Made by a program: the position numbers and the translations under genes. 20,000 nucleotides of DNA from an uncultured virus (IMG/VR IMGVR_UViG_3300049255_000202) (taxonomy: Duplodnaviria; Heunggongvirae; Uroviricota; Caudoviricetes): the IMG/VR virus record IMGVR_UViG_3300049255_000202. The stretch is one strand, 5' to 3'. The notes beneath the pieces are model-generated. The model was not told the origin of the DNA, searched no databases, and saw only the letters and a list, made by a program, of their open reading frames with translations. How positions within the stretch are numbered: the stretch's first letter is position 1; each line of letters opens with the position of its first letter. This document shows, piece by piece, positions 16,647-20,000 of this stretch.

Positions 16647-16778
16647 TCAGCGCCGGACATCTCGGCAAACGAGCCTGTCTCGCGGGGTCACGCCAGGGCG
16701 AGACTGCACGAGCGATTCGGTCCAGTGGGCCACGGGCTCGGAGCAATCGGGGTAGAAACAACGCTCACCCGTCGTCAT
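16647..16778 (-). CDS. Small Cys-containing protein
   Basis: MTTGERCFYPDCSEPVAHW; overlaps the end of the upstream gene. Confidence 0.4.
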   Translation of the reverse strand: MTTGERCFYPDCSEPVAHWTESLVQSRPGVTPRDRLVCRDVRR

Positions 16779-17022
16779 CGAGCGTGTCCGCGAGTTTGAG
16801 GGCCTTGTGGACCGGGTGCATGCAAGGGGGCGGAGGAGGCTTTCTCCGGCACTCGCGAAGGACGTCGTAGGTGACGGCCCGCCCCACGTGAACGTTGTCG
16901 ATGCGCTTGGCAATCTCGTTGAGGGCATAGTCCATCCCCGGCGACTCCAGCGAAAGGACCGCGAGGGCCAGTAGAACGAGCTGCCGGTCCGATTCGTCGA
17001 GGTCGAGATCGTGCTCGCTCAC
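16765..17022 (-). CDS. Hypothetical protein
   Basis: GTGA coupling; LDESDRQLVLLALAVLSLESPGMDYALNEIAKRID. Confidence 0.7.
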   Translation of the reverse strand: MSEHDLDLDESDRQLVLLALAVLSLESPGMDYALNEIAKRIDNVHVGRAVTYDVLRECRRKPPPPPCMHPVHKALKLADTLDDDG

Positions 17023-17252
17023 GTGGGGCGCCCACCGGAGGCCCGCTCGCACGGAACGTACATCCCGTGCTTCAACGCCCCCTCTAGCTCGCGCGACCCC
17101 TGCTCGAACTCCCGAAGCTCGAAGAAGGACGGCATCCCGCCGCAGAGCTTGCACTCGGGACGGCCAAGGCCCTCACGCTCACGAGGGAGCGTCTTGGCGT
17201 AGGTCTGACGCCACTCGTGCGCGCAAGGGCGTCTCTCGACCCCTTCGGGCAT
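17019..17252 (-). CDS. Hypothetical Zn-binding protein
   Basis: CAHEW...CKLCG; start uncertain. Confidence 0.55.
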   Translation of the reverse strand: MPEGVERRPCAHEWRQTYAKTLPREREGLGRPECKLCGGMPSFFELREFEQGSRELEGALKHGMYVPCERASGGRPT

Positions 17253-17310
17253 GTTCAGGGCGTCCCCAGTGATGGTGCATGAGAAGGACCGAACCCATGG
17301 CCCAACCCGT

Positions 17311-17574
17311 CTACACCGAGGAGCGGCGGCGCCTCCCGAGGATGTGATCCCAAGCCGTCCTCGACCCACGTGAGCCCGCAAACGGGTCCGTCGCCCTCTT
17401 GACCCCCACGTAGGCGTGAACCTGCCCGCGCGTGTAGTTCGGCCCGTGGTCCCTGTCGTCGCCCGAGAGGACGACCAGCACGACCTCGAAGAACCGAGGC
17501 CAATCCCCGTACTCGTCCGCGTACCGCTCCCACATGCCCTTCATCGTGGGCATCGGCACGAAGAGCACTCGCAT
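17311..17574 (-). CDS. Hypothetical protein
   Basis: MRVLFVPMPTMKGMWERYADEYGDWPRFFEV...; GC3-rich. Confidence 0.6.
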   Translation of the reverse strand: MRVLFVPMPTMKGMWERYADEYGDWPRFFEVVLVVLSGDDRDHGPNYTRGQVHAYVGVKRATDPFAGSRGSRTAWDHILGRRRRSSV

Positions 17575-17582
17575 GGCTGCGC

Positions 17583-17663
17583 CCTTAAAGGGCACGCGCT
17601 GGCCCAAAGGAGCACCCAGGCCCCATTGCCCAGGCCGACTCAACCAGCGCGTGCCCTTTGAGG
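17583..17663. repeat. Intergenic inverted repeat: 16-bp perfect arms with a 41-nt spacer
   Basis: AAAGGGCACGCGCTGG (17587-17602) and CCAGCGCGTGCCCTTT (17644-17659); extends to 20 bp with one G-U. Confidence 0.9.
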
Positions 17664-17667
17664 CACC

Positions 17668-17913
17668 TCACGTGCGACACCCCGAGCACCGAGACTCGTA
17701 CCGCGGAAACTGAGGGTCGCTCGGAACTTCGACCTGAAAGACCGTCCCCTCGGCCCCACAACGAGCGCACCGACCCCCGCCCGCTGAAAGCCACCTCGGA
17801 GTCAAAAGACGCACGGCCTCCGTGAGCCGGTCACGCAAGAGACCCAAGTCCGCCGGCCCAGGGCGCTCGTGCGGCCCCTCCGCTCGAGCCCAAAGGCCCA
17901 AGTCCACAATCAC
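17668..17913 (-). CDS. Hypothetical protein with CxxC motifs; may extend upstream across frameshifts
   Basis: CARCG...CSGC; upstream frame contains HCLCCGHEW. Confidence 0.5.
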   Translation of the reverse strand: MIVDLGLWARAEGPHERPGPADLGLLRDRLTEAVRLLTPRWLSAGGGRCARCGAEGTVFQVEVPSDPQFPRYESRCSGCRT

Positions 17914-18128
17914 GTTCGAGATGAGCCCAAAGCCCGGTCACGTTCGTCCACGTTGCCCTCGCTTCGTCTGTATGCGCGTCACCGGCTCCCCACCCTCATG
18001 ACCCGAGAGCGCGTCCCACTCGTGCCCACAACAAAGGCAGTGCCACCTGTACCCCTCGCCCAACTCGACCGGCTTCGACGTCTGCCGGGGCAGGGAGCGC
18101 GGCTCGAGGTCTTGAGGCGCGAGCCCAC

Positions 18129-18415
18129 GTGAACCCGTACCGGAGCCTTCGGGAGGGCGCCCTTTGGACCCTTGGACGTGGACCCGAGGTCCCGTGTGCA
18201 TGCTCTGGCTCTTCGTGCTCGGGTGGCTCACCTTCGTGGGCATCCTTCGGTGGGTGGAGTTTCGGGGGCCGTGGTGGGGGATGTTCGCGATGCCTGCCCA
18301 CTGGGTTCCGACGTTCCCGCCCTACTACTTCTTCCTACGGTGGCAGGTTCGGCGAGGGTGGCGTGGGAGGGCTATTGCCCCAAGTGCCGTGAAGAGCCAC
18401 ATGCGTCGGGCGTAG
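18129..18415 (+). CDS. Small membrane protein; frameshift ~18175
   Basis: MNPYRSLREGALWTLG joins MLWLFVLGWLTFVGILRW...PPYYFFLRW. Confidence 0.5.
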
Positions 18416-18446
18416 TCCCCTCAAGTCCTCCATCGGCCCGAACCCC

Positions 18447-18630
18447 CTACACCACGGGCGTCGTGAAGACCCACCGAAACGGCGGGTACGGGATGACCCA
18501 CTTGAACTCGTTCACCGCCGCCTCCCGCGGACAAGAATGTCCGCGATCCATCCAAGGGAACACACCGCCCCCGCCACATCGGGTGAGGCATGAGCCCCGC
18601 GAGGAAATAGATGCTCACCCGGACCTTCAT
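18447..18630 (-). CDS. Hypothetical protein, frameshifted
   Basis: MKVRVSIYFLAGLMPHP... joins REAAVNEFKWVIPYPPFRWVFTTPVV-TAG. Confidence 0.4.
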
Positions 18631-18636
18631 CGCCCA

Positions 18637-19070
18637 TCATCCCCCGCGAGCCTGCGCCACGCCCACATGCCAAGCCCGTCCGGCTCGTGAACACCTCGAA
18701 CGTGCGGGCGAGGAGCCATCGCCTGACCCGTGGGACGCGGGACCGACACGAGCTTGCCCAGTGGCGAGCTGGGACGCTTCGGTACCCGCATTCATTGGAG
18801 GCTGAGCGAGTCGTTCGAGAGGCACGGCGAGGGCGCCCATGAGCCGATTCGAGCGGCGTCGACACTCGGGGGCGTAGAAATGAGCACACCGTGCGCACTT
18901 CGCCCCGCACGGCCCCGTATGTCTCGAGGTTGTCGACGGTCGGATGTGCCGTGAGGTGGCGACGCACGAGGTCACGACGCCAGGGGAGACCGACCCAGGC
19001 TCCCGAATCGCCGGCGGCCCGTCAGGATAGAGCCCACGCAGGAAGTCGAGTTCCCCAGGCCGCGACTCAT
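18637..19070 (-). CDS. Hypothetical protein, multiply frameshifted
   Basis: Segments RPGELDFLRGLYPDGPPAIREPG / VRRHLTAHPTVDNLETYGAVRGEVRTV / LMGALAVPLERLAQPP. Confidence 0.35.
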
Positions 19071-19301
19071 GCCCCAAGCGGCTCGAACCACACGTGACTC
19101 GCCCCAAACTCCAAAAGCACCCGCTTGGGCGGAGGCGGAACGTCCCCCACACCATGAGGTCGCAACCCCCGAACGCTGCCCTCCCGTGGACCTCTCGACG
19201 TGCGGCCCTAGAAGCCCGTCCAGCAGCTGATGCTCCACCTCGGCCTCGCTCAATAGCCCCTCGTCGTAGACCCCGAAGAACCCTGCGGAGCGCCTCGACC
19301 G

Positions 19302-19874
19302 TCATAGCGGTCCTCCCGTGCCCTCAAGCATCGCCTCAAGATCGTCCGCCGTCACATCCCCGTCCGTCGGCTCGACCCCCTTCTCCTCGGATGTCGTCAC
19401 GGGCTGCTCGATGAGCGCCTGCACCCGGTCGTTCTCCCGCTCCTGCTCAACCGTGAGCCCCGTAGGAGCCAACGCGGGTACGTCGTTGCCCAGGTGAGCC
19501 CCTTCGCCCATGACCCGCTCCCCGTCCGTAGGAGCCCGGTGAATGCGCTTGCCGTGTAGGGGGGGCCGGACGGTCCTCTCGTCCACACTCGGCCCGTGGG
19601 AAGGCTCCAGGGCGTCGGAAGAGGCGTCCTCGAGCTTGGGCGGCCTGACGCCCGCTCCCACGGCTTCGAGCCCCCGAAGAATGAGCTGACGAAGCACCAT
19701 CGAGACCGTCATCACCGGAGGTAGCCCGGCCGCCAATGCCCGCTCGTTCGCCCGAGCTAGCTCCGCCTCGACCAACGCATGCTCGCTCTCGGCCAACCTC
19801 ACCCCAAGGTGGACCGACTTCTCCCCCTTGCGAAGCGGTGGCCGCCCTACCGGCTTGCGACCCTTGCCGCTCAT
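19302..19874 (-). CDS. Putative ribbon-helix-helix DNA-binding protein with a disordered acidic tail
   Basis: MSGKGRKPVGRPP...SVHLGVRLAESEHALVE...TVSMVLRQLILRGL (strand-helix-helix pattern); GGGAG upstream. Confidence 0.7.
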   Translation of the reverse strand: MSGKGRKPVGRPPLRKGEKSVHLGVRLAESEHALVEAELARANERALAAGLPPVMTVSMVLRQLILRGLEAVGAGVRPPKLEDASSDALEPSHGPSVDERTVRPPLHGKRIHRAPTDGERVMGEGAHLGNDVPALAPTGLTVEQERENDRVQALIEQPVTTSEEKGVEPTDGDVTADDLEAMLEGTGGPL

Positions 19875-19884
19875 GCTCCCGCCC

Positions 19885-19936
19885 ATTGTGGACCTATCGG
19901 TCCTTTCGTCAACAATACCCATGAGTGGGTATTGTT
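19885..19936 (-). promoter_or_regulatory. Sigma70-like promoter with two palindromic operator candidates
   Basis: TTGACG (19912-19907), 16-nt spacer, CACAAT (19890-19885); palindromes GGACC-N4-GGTCC (19890-19903) and AACAATACCCA-N4-TGGGTATTGTT (19911-19936). Confidence 0.6.
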
Positions 19937-20000
19937 CGTTTTGGTCGTTTCGTTCTCACAAGTACGCATCGGCCGCCCTCTACACCGGCCGGAGGTTTTG

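Noticed and set aside
5672..17664. GCCTCA/TGAGGC present in four of the hairpins
   Set aside because: Common hexamer at this GC content; position and orientation differ and the hairpins share no other similarity

Overview
High-GC (about two-thirds G+C) window with roughly 50 short, densely packed ORFs that switch strand often. It looks like the accessory region of a large phage, prophage or other mobile replicon. Cys-rich lipoproteins hint at a myxobacterium-like host (inference). No rRNA, tRNA, CRISPR or virion genes were seen. Recognisable genes: an Hsp20; a beta-class N4C/N6A DNA methyltransferase carrying an in-frame ~170-aa LAGLIDADG insertion with no intein splicing motifs; and an RHH-like regulator. 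There are also three truncated remnants: an IS607 tnpA/tnpB junction, a Mod-like adenine MTase lacking its N-terminus and motif I, and an Rnl2-type RNA ligase lacking the KxDG motif. A recurrent GGTGTA hexamer sits 9-13 nt upstream of many start codons and is a probable leaderless promoter. Several strong RNA-like structures are not explained by the ORFs (5645-5714, 13439-13547, 15703-15824, 17583-17663, 18681-18846). Many genes carry 1-2 nt frameshifts in homopolymer runs, most likely sequencing errors, so several CDS calls are reconstructed across frames. All calls are by eye; no searches were run.
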